A DNA stretch of 57,070 nt, taken from positions 1 to 57,070 of IMG/VR virus record IMGVR_UViG_3300031949_000043. One strand, given 5' to 3'. The number at the start of each line of letters is the position of its first letter. Positions within the stretch are counted from its first letter, which is position 1. The DNA comes from a virus. Lineage: Duplodnaviria; Caudoviricetes. The position numbers and the translations under genes were made by a program. Of the stretch, positions 38,658 to 47,842 are shown piece by piece. The notes beneath the pieces were generated by a model. That model had not been told where the DNA came from, did no database searches, and worked only from the letters and a program-made list of their open reading frames with translations.

Positions 38658-39935
38658 CTATCCAGCCAACTTCGCAATCCTAATCGCACGGGTAAGATCG
38701 GGCTGTGCGTAGGTTCGCGTGGTACTCATGTCCGCGTGTCCGAGCATCACGCTGACATCTTCCAATCCAAACTCCCGATTAAACCGCGTTGCCGCCGCGT
38801 GGCGTAATTGGTTCGGATTCCAAGTCGGCACCAGCGGATCGGATTTCTGCGCCTGCTGGCAGGCGTAGTGGATGGCCCGCCGGTAGGTTTCTGTCGTGTA
38901 GTGTTCGCCCGGCCTACGTCGCGGCTCCTGCGCTGCAAGCAGGCGACGTTTCTTGCTCGAAGGGTACATCGGCGTCTTTCGCGCCAAGTGCTTCGCCAGA
39001 AGCTGTTCTGTGCGGGAATCCCGTGGCGAGAAAATAAATTCATGCGGCGCGCGCGTGAGAAAAGTTTTTATTATTTTCTGGCAGCGCGGGCCTAAAGGGA
39101 TGATCCTGCGCGTCCCGAGATGCTCCATCTTATGCGTGGATGGCTGGTAGAGCCAGATCGTGCCCGTGCGGTCGATATCTTGGCCGCGCATGATCACAAT
39201 GTCACCCGGTCGCGCACCGGTGAGCCACTGGAGGTCGATCATCGCCTGCACGGGCGTAGCGCAATATGGCTTAACGCAAGCTACCCAGTGTTCGTCGATC
39301 GGCTGCACGGGCTCGGACGGCGTGGCATCGCATCGGCCAGATTGCAAGGGTTTGACCTGCGCGACATCGAACATATTGTCCTTGGCGACCAATCCTTTTT
39401 CCCGGCCCCACCGGAACGCCTGCTTGATCAGATATAGCCGGTCGTTCACGGTTTTTATCGAACGAATGTAGTTGTCTCCCTTGGCATCGGTCCCGTGGAT
39501 CATGCTATCGCGCAGGGCGGCGATTTCAGGGCCTTCCACAGACGACGCCGGGCGATCCCCGAACGTGTCTAAGAGCGACTGCATGGCATAGGCGGTATTC
39601 CAGACCGTCGAGGTCGGACGCCCACGTTTTACATACGTGCGCCGCGCATGTTCGAGATAGTCACGAGCCAATTCGGCGCAGGTGTAAGTGTATTGGGTCG
39701 CCTGCGGGTTTCGGATGCGATCCTGATTGGTCCACTGCGTCAACCACTGGCGGTACAAGGCCGTGGCCTGCCGCTGGGTGACATCAGAGATCAACCCGAA
39801 ATGTTTTTCCCGACGCTTCCCACGATCGTCGTACCAGCGGGTCCGCCAGATCGGGTTGCCGTGGTGGAGACGTTGTGCGGGGGGCGTCGGTGTGCTCGCC
39901 AACTTGGGCTCCTTGATAAGACTGGCGAGCATCAT
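38658..39935 (-). CDS. int: Tyrosine integrase
   Basis: TGARPGD (R), HK, WNPNQLRH, LGH, Y catalytic motifs; adjacent to attP. Confidence 0.93.
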   Translation of the reverse strand: MMLASLIKEPKLASTPTPPAQRLHHGNPIWRTRWYDDRGKRREKHFGLISDVTQRQATALYRQWLTQWTNQDRIRNPQATQYTYTCAELARDYLEHARRTYVKRGRPTSTVWNTAYAMQSLLDTFGDRPASSVEGPEIAALRDSMIHGTDAKGDNYIRSIKTVNDRLYLIKQAFRWGREKGLVAKDNMFDVAQVKPLQSGRCDATPSEPVQPIDEHWVACVKPYCATPVQAMIDLQWLTGARPGDIVIMRGQDIDRTGTIWLYQPSTHKMEHLGTRRIIPLGPRCQKIIKTFLTRAPHEFIFSPRDSRTEQLLAKHLARKTPMYPSSKKRRLLAAQEPRRRPGEHYTTETYRRAIHYACQQAQKSDPLVPTWNPNQLRHAAATRFNREFGLEDVSVMLGHADMSTTRTYAQPDLTRAIRIAKLAG

Positions 39936-40180
39936 AACTCATTGATCACTTTCAGTCGCGGTCGAATCGGGCGATCCGGGCGGAATGCCGTGGATTTGCC
40001 GAATAGGCGGGAAATGCAGGCGTCCAAGTCGTTTCTGTGGTACATGAGTTCCCGGCCAAGTTTAACGCCGTTGAGGGCATGGGAAGCGCGGAGGGTTTCC
40101 AGCGTCCGCCCGGAATCTTCCGGCAGGTGCAGATAAATCAATGCCTCGGCGGCGGTGAACAGGTCTGGGTGATGCTCCAT
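39932..40180 (-). CDS. xis: Excisionase-like HTH protein
   Basis: LFTAAEALIYL...LNGVKLGRELMYHRNDLD (HTH_17-type); overlaps the int start. Confidence 0.75.
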   Translation of the reverse strand: MEHHPDLFTAAEALIYLHLPEDSGRTLETLRASHALNGVKLGRELMYHRNDLDACISRLFGKSTAFRPDRPIRPRLKVINEL

Positions 40181-40273
40181 GTCGGCAGATTACGGCATGG
40201 CCACTTTCTCCGTTCACAATTTCTGAACGCCGGGGGATTTTGTCCAGTAGCATCCGCCCGTCCTAAGCGGGCA

Positions 40274-41539
40274 ATGCCGAAGATCGAATACCACAACGCC
40301 GACTGTCTGGAATTCCTGCCAACGCTGCCAGAAAACTCAGTGGACACGGTGATTACAGATCCACCATATCACTTGACCAGCGGCAATCGCAAGGGAGGAT
40401 TCATGGGCCAGACTTGGGACGGGGGCGACATCGCCTTCCGACCTGAGACTTGGCGCGCGGTCCTGCGTGTGGCCAAGCCGGGGGCGTTCATGCTGTGCTT
40501 CGGCGGTACGCGCACGTGGCACCGGCTCGCGTGCGCGATCGAGGATGCGGGATGGGAGCTGCGCGATACGATGATATGGCTGTACGGCTCGGGATTTCCA
40601 AAAAGTTTGTCAATATCGAAAGCCATCGACAAAGCTGCGGGAGCGGAGCGTGAAGTCATCGGCAAGCGTACCGATGGCCGCTACGCACGCGGCTTCTCAG
40701 AAGAGGCGAAACGAGCGATCGGCTCGGCGTGGAAGGAGAATCAAGGCTTCACCGGCGAAATGGGCATCATCACTGCCCCAGCGACAGAAGCCGCAAAACT
40801 TTGGAGCGGATGGCAGACATCTCTAAAGCCATCATTCGAGCCAATACTGGTTTGCATGAAGCCGCTGGACGGCACGTTCGCGGACAACGCGCTGAAGCAC
40901 GGCGTTGCCGGGCTGAACATCGACGGCGCACGTATCTCATTGCCGCAGCACGATCGGCTCTTGAAAGGCGGAACATACGGCGGTAATCGCGTGTCGGGAG
41001 CCGGAACTTCATGTTTCGGGAACGGTGGCAAGGCGGTCGAGTATGGGCCTCTGCCAACTGGCGGTCGCTTTCCAGCGAATTTGCTGCTGGACGAATCCGC
41101 GGCGGCCCTGCTGGATAAATCTGTAGGAACACTTAAAAGCGGAATTACGAAAGATGGACAGATGAGAAAACGCTCTAAGGGGAAGGGAGGGTATCACGGG
41201 GGATTTCCTGACCAAGCAACGGCAAATGCTAGTTATGGGGATTCTGGCGGTGCTTCCCGCTTCTTCTACGTCGCCAAGGCGAGCAGGAAAGATCGCGGTG
41301 AAGGCAACACGCACCCAACGACAAAGCCCAGCGATCTCATGGAATACCTGTGCAAGCTCACGTCCACGCCGACCAAGGGCGTAGTTCTCGATCCGTTCAT
41401 GGGCTCTGGAACAACCGCTTTGGCCTGCATCCGCACCGGTAGAGATTTCATTGGGATCGAAAAGCACGCGCCATACTTTGAAATTGCCAAAAAACGTATC
41501 GAAGCCGAACAGCGGGAAGCCGCGTCTGAGCTTTTCTGA
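40274..41539 (+). CDS. DNA methyltransferase (N6-A/N4-C, beta class)
   Basis: VITDPPY first, HPTTKP and VLDPFMGSGTT last. Confidence 0.92.
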   Translation: MPKIEYHNADCLEFLPTLPENSVDTVITDPPYHLTSGNRKGGFMGQTWDGGDIAFRPETWRAVLRVAKPGAFMLCFGGTRTWHRLACAIEDAGWELRDTMIWLYGSGFPKSLSISKAIDKAAGAEREVIGKRTDGRYARGFSEEAKRAIGSAWKENQGFTGEMGIITAPATEAAKLWSGWQTSLKPSFEPILVCMKPLDGTFADNALKHGVAGLNIDGARISLPQHDRLLKGGTYGGNRVSGAGTSCFGNGGKAVEYGPLPTGGRFPANLLLDESAAALLDKSVGTLKSGITKDGQMRKRSKGKGGYHGGFPDQATANASYGDSGGASRFFYVAKASRKDRGEGNTHPTTKPSDLMEYLCKLTSTPTKGVVLDPFMGSGTTALACIRTGRDFIGIEKHAPYFEIAKKRIEAEQREAASELF

Positions 41540-42228
41540 TGCCCAGTTACGTCCTACCAGCGTCCGCCCGCCAAGCCGCCTACGGGCGACTCGGCGCATT
41601 CGTGCAGATGCGCATAGTCGTGGACAAGGCTTCGATCGCCGAGTTGACCAAACAACTGGACGCATCGATCCGGCGCAGCGCACTGGAGACCGTCGTGGAA
41701 CTCGGTCGCAGGGCCACGGAATTCCTTCAGCAATTCGACAGCCGCGCCGGTCGCCCGATGATCGCCCGCATGTGGACCGCGACACCGCCGAAGGTCGAAT
41801 CCAGCGGGCGGATCGAAACCGAGGTCTACAATGCCGGGGAGTATCTGACGTTTCAGACAAAATCCCATGCGCCGTATAGCACGCAGACCTATCCGATCAA
41901 GGGGGCTAATCTCCTACAGATTCTGATCAACGGGGCGCGTCCGCACCGCATCCCAGCCCGCGCCGGACTGGCTAACCCGCTGCAATTTCGGATTGTCGCC
42001 GGCCAGTCGCAGAGCCGATCGGTGGGCAGCGCATTTGTCACCGAAGGATTGGGTATCGCCAAGTTCCTGAACCCCAAGATTAAGACTTCCGACGACTTTA
42101 TCGAAACCGTGTCGGTCGATCATCCGGGCGTGGTCGGCAGCCGGTCGATTCAGGCGGCAACGCAACTGCTCGAACGTGTAGCCGATACGGCGGGCAACGA
42201 GATCGCCGAGCGGGTCAATCAGACATAA
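41539..42228 (+). CDS. Putative neck/tail-completion protein
   Basis: INGARPHRIPA...V.HPG motif of neck proteins; before tail terminator and tube. Confidence 0.55.
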   Translation: MPSYVLPASARQAAYGRLGAFVQMRIVVDKASIAELTKQLDASIRRSALETVVELGRRATEFLQQFDSRAGRPMIARMWTATPPKVESSGRIETEVYNAGEYLTFQTKSHAPYSTQTYPIKGANLLQILINGARPHRIPARAGLANPLQFRIVAGQSQSRSVGSAFVTEGLGIAKFLNPKIKTSDDFIETVSVDHPGVVGSRSIQAATQLLERVADTAGNEIAERVNQT

Positions 42229-42306
42229 TGATGGTGCAGGCTCGGGTACCCCGCATGCGGCTGCCGACAAGTTCGCCGCATGCGGTTTTTCGTCTGTTAG
42301 GGGCAT

Positions 42307-42843
42307 ATGGCCGCCCCTTCGGAACTCCCAAACTCCACCAAAGTTCGCAAGGCCGCGATCTCGCTCATCCAAGCGATATCGCAAAGTCATCCGACCGACA
42401 GTTATTACACGGACGGCATCGTCTGCGCGCTGGGGAAAGACCCGCGGATCATCGTCCAAGATCACGTCGAAGACTACCGGAGACTCGGTGCCGCCGCCGG
42501 CATATTTACTGGTACAGAGGAGGTCAATCCGCGTCGCACTGGCGGGGTCCGCCGATACGTTCACACCTATCCGATTCTGTGCATGCGAACGCTGACACCG
42601 GCTCAAGATGCGGCGGGGATCACGCTCGATCAGTTGATCGATGAGATGGTCTGGGATCTGAAAGAAGCCTTGGACCCCGATCAGCGGATCAAGGCGGCAT
42701 GGACGGCGCTCGGTCTGTCCGGCGGTATCTCTTGTATCGACCATCACGTGATCGCCGTGATCGGTGATGAGGGTATTAACTTCCCAGATGCTCATTTCGT
42801 CGTGCAGTGCAGTTTCGAGTACGACCGGCGCGTCCGCCAATAA
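42307..42843 (+). CDS. Putative tail terminator protein
   Basis: Position before the tail tube; LDQLIDEM..DLKEALD.D helix and final beta strand. Confidence 0.55.
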   Translation: MAAPSELPNSTKVRKAAISLIQAISQSHPTDSYYTDGIVCALGKDPRIIVQDHVEDYRRLGAAAGIFTGTEEVNPRRTGGVRRYVHTYPILCMRTLTPAQDAAGITLDQLIDEMVWDLKEALDPDQRIKAAWTALGLSGGISCIDHHVIAVIGDEGINFPDAHFVVQCSFEYDRRVRQ

Positions 42844-42906
42844 CCACCACGATTTCCAGCGAAAACCCGTCGCATCGTCTTATGCGGGCAGCAGGAGAGT
42901 CCGCAT

Positions 42907-43908
42907 ATGCCCGGAACTTACGAAAAAGATCAAGCAACTGGCGTAAACGCCTACGTCGTCTTCAAGTTCGAGAGCGACTGGGGCGTTCATCCGCTTACCG
43001 CTGACTGGCGCTACTTCAATGTGGTGGCTGGCGAGGGCCTGGACCAGAATCTCGTTCTCTACCGCAGTAAGGTCATCCGTCGCGATCGGATGCGGAACAA
43101 GGATGTTCGTGGCACCCAACTTCCCGGCGGACCCCTTCCTTTTGAACTCGCACCCAAGGGAGTTTCACAGTTCATCTACGCCCTGCTCGGCACCCACACG
43201 AGCACGGCTGGCACCGGTCCGTACACGCACGTCCTCAAGGGCTCGACCACGACGACCCTCCCGATGTTCACGATCGTGAAGTCGTTCACGGACGTTGACA
43301 ACGAATTCCAACACATCTTGTTCAAGGGCAGCCGCGTGTCCGGCATGACCTTGGACCTCAACGTCAATGATACGGCGGGCGGTGTGTTCGACATCCTGTC
43401 CCGCGAGGCCACGGAGTTCACGGATGATCCGGATTTCGGCGCTCCCGCCGACATGACCAGCGACCCGTTCACCTCTGTGCAGGTCACCGTCTACGAAGGT
43501 TCGTCGCTGATTCCTCTCGGGACCGCGCAGTCGCTGAACTTGTCCGTGCAAAACGGCATGGACGGCCAGAACCTTGTATTGGGCTCCAACTTCCGGGCCA
43601 ACTTGAAGGCCGGCGAGCGCGACACAAGAATCCGCGGGACGTTCCTCTTTAATAATACGGACCTCTACAACAAGGCGGTCAACGGCACGGATACGGCTGT
43701 TCAGATCGTCGCGTCCGACGGCACTTACAGTCACACGATCTTCCTTCCCAACGTTGATCTGTTGCCCAATCAGAGCACGCCGAAGATCCAGCGACCGGGC
43801 GGATTGACCATCCCGCTCGAAGGTGTGGCCAGCAAGGATGTTGGGCAGGGCACGGATATCGTGTGGACGATCGTATCACCCGAGTCAACGATCATCGCCA
43901 ACTCCTGA
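42907..43908 (+). CDS. Tail tube (major tail) protein, siphovirus-like
   Basis: AGGAG RBS; FESDWG, GGPLPFEL, YTHVL....LPMFTIVK, FKGSRVSGMTL motifs; terminator follows. Confidence 0.8.
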   Translation: MPGTYEKDQATGVNAYVVFKFESDWGVHPLTADWRYFNVVAGEGLDQNLVLYRSKVIRRDRMRNKDVRGTQLPGGPLPFELAPKGVSQFIYALLGTHTSTAGTGPYTHVLKGSTTTTLPMFTIVKSFTDVDNEFQHILFKGSRVSGMTLDLNVNDTAGGVFDILSREATEFTDDPDFGAPADMTSDPFTSVQVTVYEGSSLIPLGTAQSLNLSVQNGMDGQNLVLGSNFRANLKAGERDTRIRGTFLFNNTDLYNKAVNGTDTAVQIVASDGTYSHTIFLPNVDLLPNQSTPKIQRPGGLTIPLEGVASKDVGQGTDIVWTIVSPESTIIANS

Positions 43909-43938
43909 TAATCGCTCCATGTCAGAGGGGACTGAGCG

Positions 43939-43974
43939 AAAGCCCGCGCGTCAACATGACTCGCGGGCCTTTTT
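43939..43974 (+). terminator. Rho-independent terminator after tail tube
   Basis: GCCCGCG.GTCA-ACA-TGAC.CGCGGGC then CTTTTT. Confidence 0.75.
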
Positions 43975-44007
43975 CATCGGCACCCGCGTGGCGTCCGATG
44001 GTGGCAT

Positions 44008-44538
44008 ATGAATCTCAAATCGCTCGAACCGAAATCCGACGAACTGATCCGCACCTTCTGGTTTCCAGAGAACTCTGACGACGCCACTGGGTTCACCGTG
44101 AGACTCCAGTATTTGTCCCCGGAGGTACTGGCCGATCTCCAAGAGAAGATCAAGGTCCGTCGTGGAAACCCTGCGGCGTCCGCCAATGTGTCGCCCGTGG
44201 AACTCAGGCGTGGCATAGTCAACGAACTTCTGCTCAGCGCCGTGGTCAAATGCGAGGGCGTTAATCTGGGCAAGCTCTGCCGGCTGATCCCGTTGGCCGC
44301 CTCGAAGGTCGCATCGGCGGGCGGCCTAGCCACAGCGGTCGATATGGACCCCGCCGCACAGGGAAAATCCGAGGAGGCGCGGGAGAACCTGCTGCATCTG
44401 CTCAATTCGTGCGATAAGTTCGCGACGTGGGCATTGCAAACCTGCCAAGATATCTCCAAGTTCCAGTCGGACGATTGGGAGGCCGAAGTAAAAAACTTGA
44501 GTGGGCTCGGTACGAGTGGGGAGAAAACCCAGTCGTAG
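44008..44538 (+). CDS. Tail assembly chaperone (gpG-like)
   Basis: Follows tail tube; ends EVKNL at a slippery site. Confidence 0.7.
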   Translation: MNLKSLEPKSDELIRTFWFPENSDDATGFTVRLQYLSPEVLADLQEKIKVRRGNPAASANVSPVELRRGIVNELLLSAVVKCEGVNLGKLCRLIPLAASKVASAGGLATAVDMDPAAQGKSEEARENLLHLLNSCDKFATWALQTCQDISKFQSDDWEAEVKNLSGLGTSGEKTQS

Positions 44539-44966
44539 CCGGGTCCGCCGCAATGGGCCTGACGGGTAACTGCGGGGCGTGCATCAAGCACTTCGCCGGT
44601 CGTCGACCCAAGACCGATACGCCGTGTCACCGATGTCCCAAGTACCTGCTTCACCCGCCCGGCTACGGGCTGATGGCCAAGAATGCGCTGGCCATCCATC
44701 TCTATCGGCTGGCATCTCGCGATCAACGGGCTGGCATGGACGCGACGTTGATCGGAACATTGACCACCGAGGCGGCCGTCCAGATCATCGACGAGCATGC
44801 CGAGCATTTCCCGACAGCACATAGCCGGCAGACCATGTTGCAAAAACTGTATATTTTGGACAGGATTGTCACGCGGGCGAGGGGCGAGTCAGAATCGATC
44901 TATCGCGAGGTCAAGGCCGACGAGGCGAAGTGGAAATCCGAACGAAGGAAAAACAAGCGGATATAG
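44490..44966 (+). CDS. Tail chaperone extension (gpT-like) made by -1 frameshift
   Basis: A AAA AAC at 44490-44496; -1 frame open (KKLEWARYEWG...CGAC...CHRC...) to 44966. Confidence 0.7.
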   Translation, partial: KKLEWARYEWGENPVVAGSAAMGLTGNCGACIKHFAGRRPKTDTPCHRCPKYLLHPPGYGLMAKNALAIHLYRLASRDQRAGMDATLIGTLTTEAAVQIIDEHAEHFPTAHSRQTMLQKLYILDRIVTRARGESESIYREVKADEAKWKSERRKNKRI

Positions 44967-44981
44967 ATCGAACTTGCGCTT

Positions 44982-45407
44982 CTACGCTGCCGGCGGTCTG
45001 CGGACGAACATGGTGCGCAGGATCTCGCGTAGGCGATCCTGGTCATGTCTCGCCAGATTCCGTAGTTCCAGCGCGGTCTCCGCTGGAATCGCGACGTAAT
45101 ACCTGCCGTTGCGATCGAATAATGTGAAATCCGGCACCGACCGTCCCGTGCGGTCCTGTTGAAGTTTCGGTCGATCCACCTTGGTCTGCCGCCACGCCGC
45201 GTCCAATTCATCGATATAAGCATACCCGAGTGCCTGCGCCAATCGGCGGAGGGTGCCCAATCGGACCATGGGCTCTGGCATCTTTTCGATCGCATGTAAT
45301 CGCGTTGCGGAAATGCCGATTTTTGCCGCGAAGTCTGACGGACCCTCGCCACGCCTGACCCGGTGATAACGCACGAAATACCCGAAATGTATGAGCTTGT
45401 CCGCCAC
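44982..45407 (-). CDS. XRE-family HTH repressor
   Basis: FGYFVRYHR...SDFAAKIGISATRLHAIEK...TLRRLAQALG; divergent from the early operon. Confidence 0.8.
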   Translation of the reverse strand: MADKLIHFGYFVRYHRVRRGEGPSDFAAKIGISATRLHAIEKMPEPMVRLGTLRRLAQALGYAYIDELDAAWRQTKVDRPKLQQDRTGRSVPDFTLFDRNGRYYVAIPAETALELRNLARHDQDRLREILRTMFVRRPPAA

Positions 45408-45469
45408 CGCCGGGAAATCGTACGTCGGCGGGATAAAGGGTCAGCATAAATTCCGTTGAGTCGAAATAA

Positions 45470-45503
45470 TTTATCTTGACTTGATAAAATTTGGTGCTAT
45501 TTT
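45470..45503 (+). promoter_or_regulatory. Early rightward promoter with overlapping palindromic operator
   Basis: TTGACT(45476)-16 nt-TATTTT(45498) with extended TG; TTTATC-N7-GATAAA inverted repeat spans the -35; AT-rich island. Confidence 0.65.
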
Positions 45504-45512
45504 GTCTTCTCG

Positions 45513-45695
45513 ATGAAGGCGAGGTCATTTCCAATTTACTTCGAGCCCGGCATGCGAGCCGAGTTGGAAGTTTTGGCGGACACCACGGATCGCAGTGTGA
45601 ACAAGGTGGTCGTTCGGGTGGTCCGAGGCTTTTTGAAGCGGAGGCACAATCGCCTGCACGGGGTCAAGAGGGTCCACGGACGGAACCCGGGCTGA
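45513..45695 (+). CDS. Ribbon-helix-helix (Arc-like) regulator, Cro position
   Basis: FPIYFEPGMRAELEVLADTTDRSVNKVV. Confidence 0.7.
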   Translation: MKARSFPIYFEPGMRAELEVLADTTDRSVNKVVVRVVRGFLKRRHNRLHGVKRVHGRNPG

Positions 45696-45792
45696 AATTT
45701 GTACTCTCGGAAATTCCTTCCTTTTATCGCGCCTTGTCGGGACGCGATATCGGCTGTTCAAAAAAACTGAACGACGCTGGTAGCCAACGTCT

Positions 45793-46380
45793 ATGAAGGT
45801 CCGAGATGGACTCGGATTCATTCGGTCGTTGGAGCGAGCGATTGCTGATCGGATTTCTGATCGGCATGTGGCTGCTGACCGTCATGACGGCCTGTACGAG
45901 TCACTTATCTACGCCCCGTGGGACGGGGAAGGACAAATCATGTCTGTCACGATGAAGGGAAACGTCGGACACCTGAAACTCACCCGCCTGCGCGGGCAAG
46001 TCCTGCTGATCGGCCAGGATATCGAGATTCATTTTGAATCAAAGTTCAGCCGGTTCTGCGTGATCGCCCCGAACACGGTGGAGATCGTGCGCGGCGAAGC
46101 GGCTTCGCCGCGCGATCCACGACGGACGATGGTGACCAAGCATTCGACGCAGGGGATGGACTACGAAACGTGGGGTGCCAACGGACGTTGTTTCGCGCGG
46201 ATCATCGGCACCGGTCTGTTGCTACAGGGGGCCAGCGAAGAACAAGTCAAAATTCTGGCGCTCGACAGAATCGGCGCAATGCCCTCCACCCCGGGCCGTA
46301 GCGCCATGGATGTGCGCATACGTGCAGGGACGCACGTACGGTCCGGCGGTATCTCGGAGAACGAAGATGAAAAAGACTGA
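45793..46380 (+). CDS. Hypothetical early protein
   Basis: Long ORF in the early operon; start uncertain. Confidence 0.55.
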   Translation: MKVRDGLGFIRSLERAIADRISDRHVAADRHDGLYESLIYAPWDGEGQIMSVTMKGNVGHLKLTRLRGQVLLIGQDIEIHFESKFSRFCVIAPNTVEIVRGEAASPRDPRRTMVTKHSTQGMDYETWGANGRCFARIIGTGLLLQGASEEQVKILALDRIGAMPSTPGRSAMDVRIRAGTHVRSGGISENEDEKD

Positions 46381-46678
46381 TTCCGATGCCCTCGGTTATG
46401 CGATGGCGATGATGATGGCGTCGCTCCCCGTGGTCGCCGTGATCATGGCATTCGAGGGACTGGTTTTCCAGACGCTATGGGGCTGGTTTTGCGTCCCGGC
46501 GCTTGGTCTACCAAGTCTTTCTCTGCTGGCGGCGATCGGCATCCTTATCACCATCCGGCTTCCCCTTTGGCGTCAAGGTAGAAACGCCGAAAAAGATCCC
46601 TGGAAAACAATTTTCTCCGCCATCGCTCACCCGGCATTGACCTTATTTGCGGGCTGGATATTGCATTCTCTCATGTGA
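46367..46678 (+). CDS. Membrane protein
   Basis: GGAGA RBS; LWGWF.VPALGLP.LSL..AIG motif; about 3 TM segments. Confidence 0.65.
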   Translation: MKKTDSDALGYAMAMMMASLPVVAVIMAFEGLVFQTLWGWFCVPALGLPSLSLLAAIGILITIRLPLWRQGRNAEKDPWKTIFSAIAHPALTLFAGWILHSLM

Positions 46679-46684
46679 GCCAAA

Positions 46685-47611
46685 ATGTCTGACGGTAAAA
46701 CCATCCTTCGCGGCATCGACCCACCGGCTGATGGGCTGTACGAGAATGTTCCGGCGGACACCTATGACCAGTGGAGGGCGTGGCGATCCACTCTGGTAAA
46801 AAAATTCGGGGACAGCCCACTGCACGCCGCCGAAGAGATCGCCAATCCCACCGTGCAGACCACGGCAATGAAACTGGGGACCGCCTGCCATCTCGCTGTG
46901 TTACAACCCGAACTCTTCCTCCAACAGTACACGGTCGCCACCGGATGCACGGAGACCACCAAGGCGGGCAAGCGTTGCTCGAAGGGCGGGTCGGTAGTTC
47001 GCGCCGGGAACTGGTATTGCGGCCAACACGATCCAGCTCCTACTCAGCCGTTCGATAACTCGTGTGTGCTTGATATCGACGAATACGCGACCTGCATGCG
47101 CGTGCGCGAATCGGTCATGTCCCATCCGTTGGCCGGTGAAATCCTCCGAGCTGAGGGACCGGTCGAGCGGTCCGGGGTATTCCGCGACGAAGCGACCGGC
47201 CTTCGGCTGAAGTTCCGAACGGACAAGGTATTAAAAATCGGCGAGTTCTTGACCGTCGCCGATCTGAAGACAACCGAAGATGCCAACCCGAATCAGTACC
47301 AGCATGCATTGGAACGATACGGCTACCACATCTCGGCCGCGATGTACCTGAAGGGCTTGGCTGTCGTGGGACAGCCGTGCGAGCGATTCGTCCATATAGC
47401 GGTGGAGAAGAGTCCCCCTTACGCGGTGGCAGTCTATCGGGTCATGGATGATGCATTGGAGGCCGGCAATTACAAATTGACCGAACTCCTGTCGTTGGTC
47501 AGCCAATGCGAACGGACCGGCGTGTTTCCCGGCTATGGCTTCCACTTCACGTCCAACCGCTATCAGTTCCAAGAAATCAACTTAACCCGCGCGGCGTTAT
47601 CCCGCGTCTGA
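46685..47611 (+). CDS. RecE/exonuclease VIII-like PD-(D/E)XK exonuclease (DUF3799-type)
   Basis: SPLH, AMKLGTACHLAVLQP, E.S, KFRTDK, ADLKTT, YGYHISAAMY, F.HIAVEKSPPY. Confidence 0.88.
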   Translation: MSDGKTILRGIDPPADGLYENVPADTYDQWRAWRSTLVKKFGDSPLHAAEEIANPTVQTTAMKLGTACHLAVLQPELFLQQYTVATGCTETTKAGKRCSKGGSVVRAGNWYCGQHDPAPTQPFDNSCVLDIDEYATCMRVRESVMSHPLAGEILRAEGPVERSGVFRDEATGLRLKFRTDKVLKIGEFLTVADLKTTEDANPNQYQHALERYGYHISAAMYLKGLAVVGQPCERFVHIAVEKSPPYAVAVYRVMDDALEAGNYKLTELLSLVSQCERTGVFPGYGFHFTSNRYQFQEINLTRAALSRV

Positions 47612-47620
47612 GGAGCGACC

Positions 47621-47842
47621 ATGAGATCCAAAGCACCAAATCCGATATCGACTACCGCGAACGTGCGTGTGACGGCGACGCAGAAGGAGTTGGCCGCGGC
47701 GTTCACCGAATGGGATCGTCGTTATCGGGAGGATCCCGATCGATTCATGTCGGAAGCGAAGCATCTACTGAAGGGGACGCCAAAGACCTATGGCGAGGCG
47801 TGCGCGCCATATCTGATAGCGCTTCTCGCCGGCATTGTGTGA
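47621..47842 (+). CDS. Hypothetical protein
   Basis: AGGAG RBS; AFTEWDRRYREDP motif. Confidence 0.6.
   Translation: MRSKAPNPISTTANVRVTATQKELAAAFTEWDRRYREDPDRFMSEAKHLLKGTPKTYGEACAPYLIALLAGIV

Noticed and set aside
40037-40273. N-terminal extension of the DNA methylase as given in the ORF track
   Set aside because: Overlaps xis on the opposite strand; family similarity starts at MPKIEYHNADCLEFL (40274).
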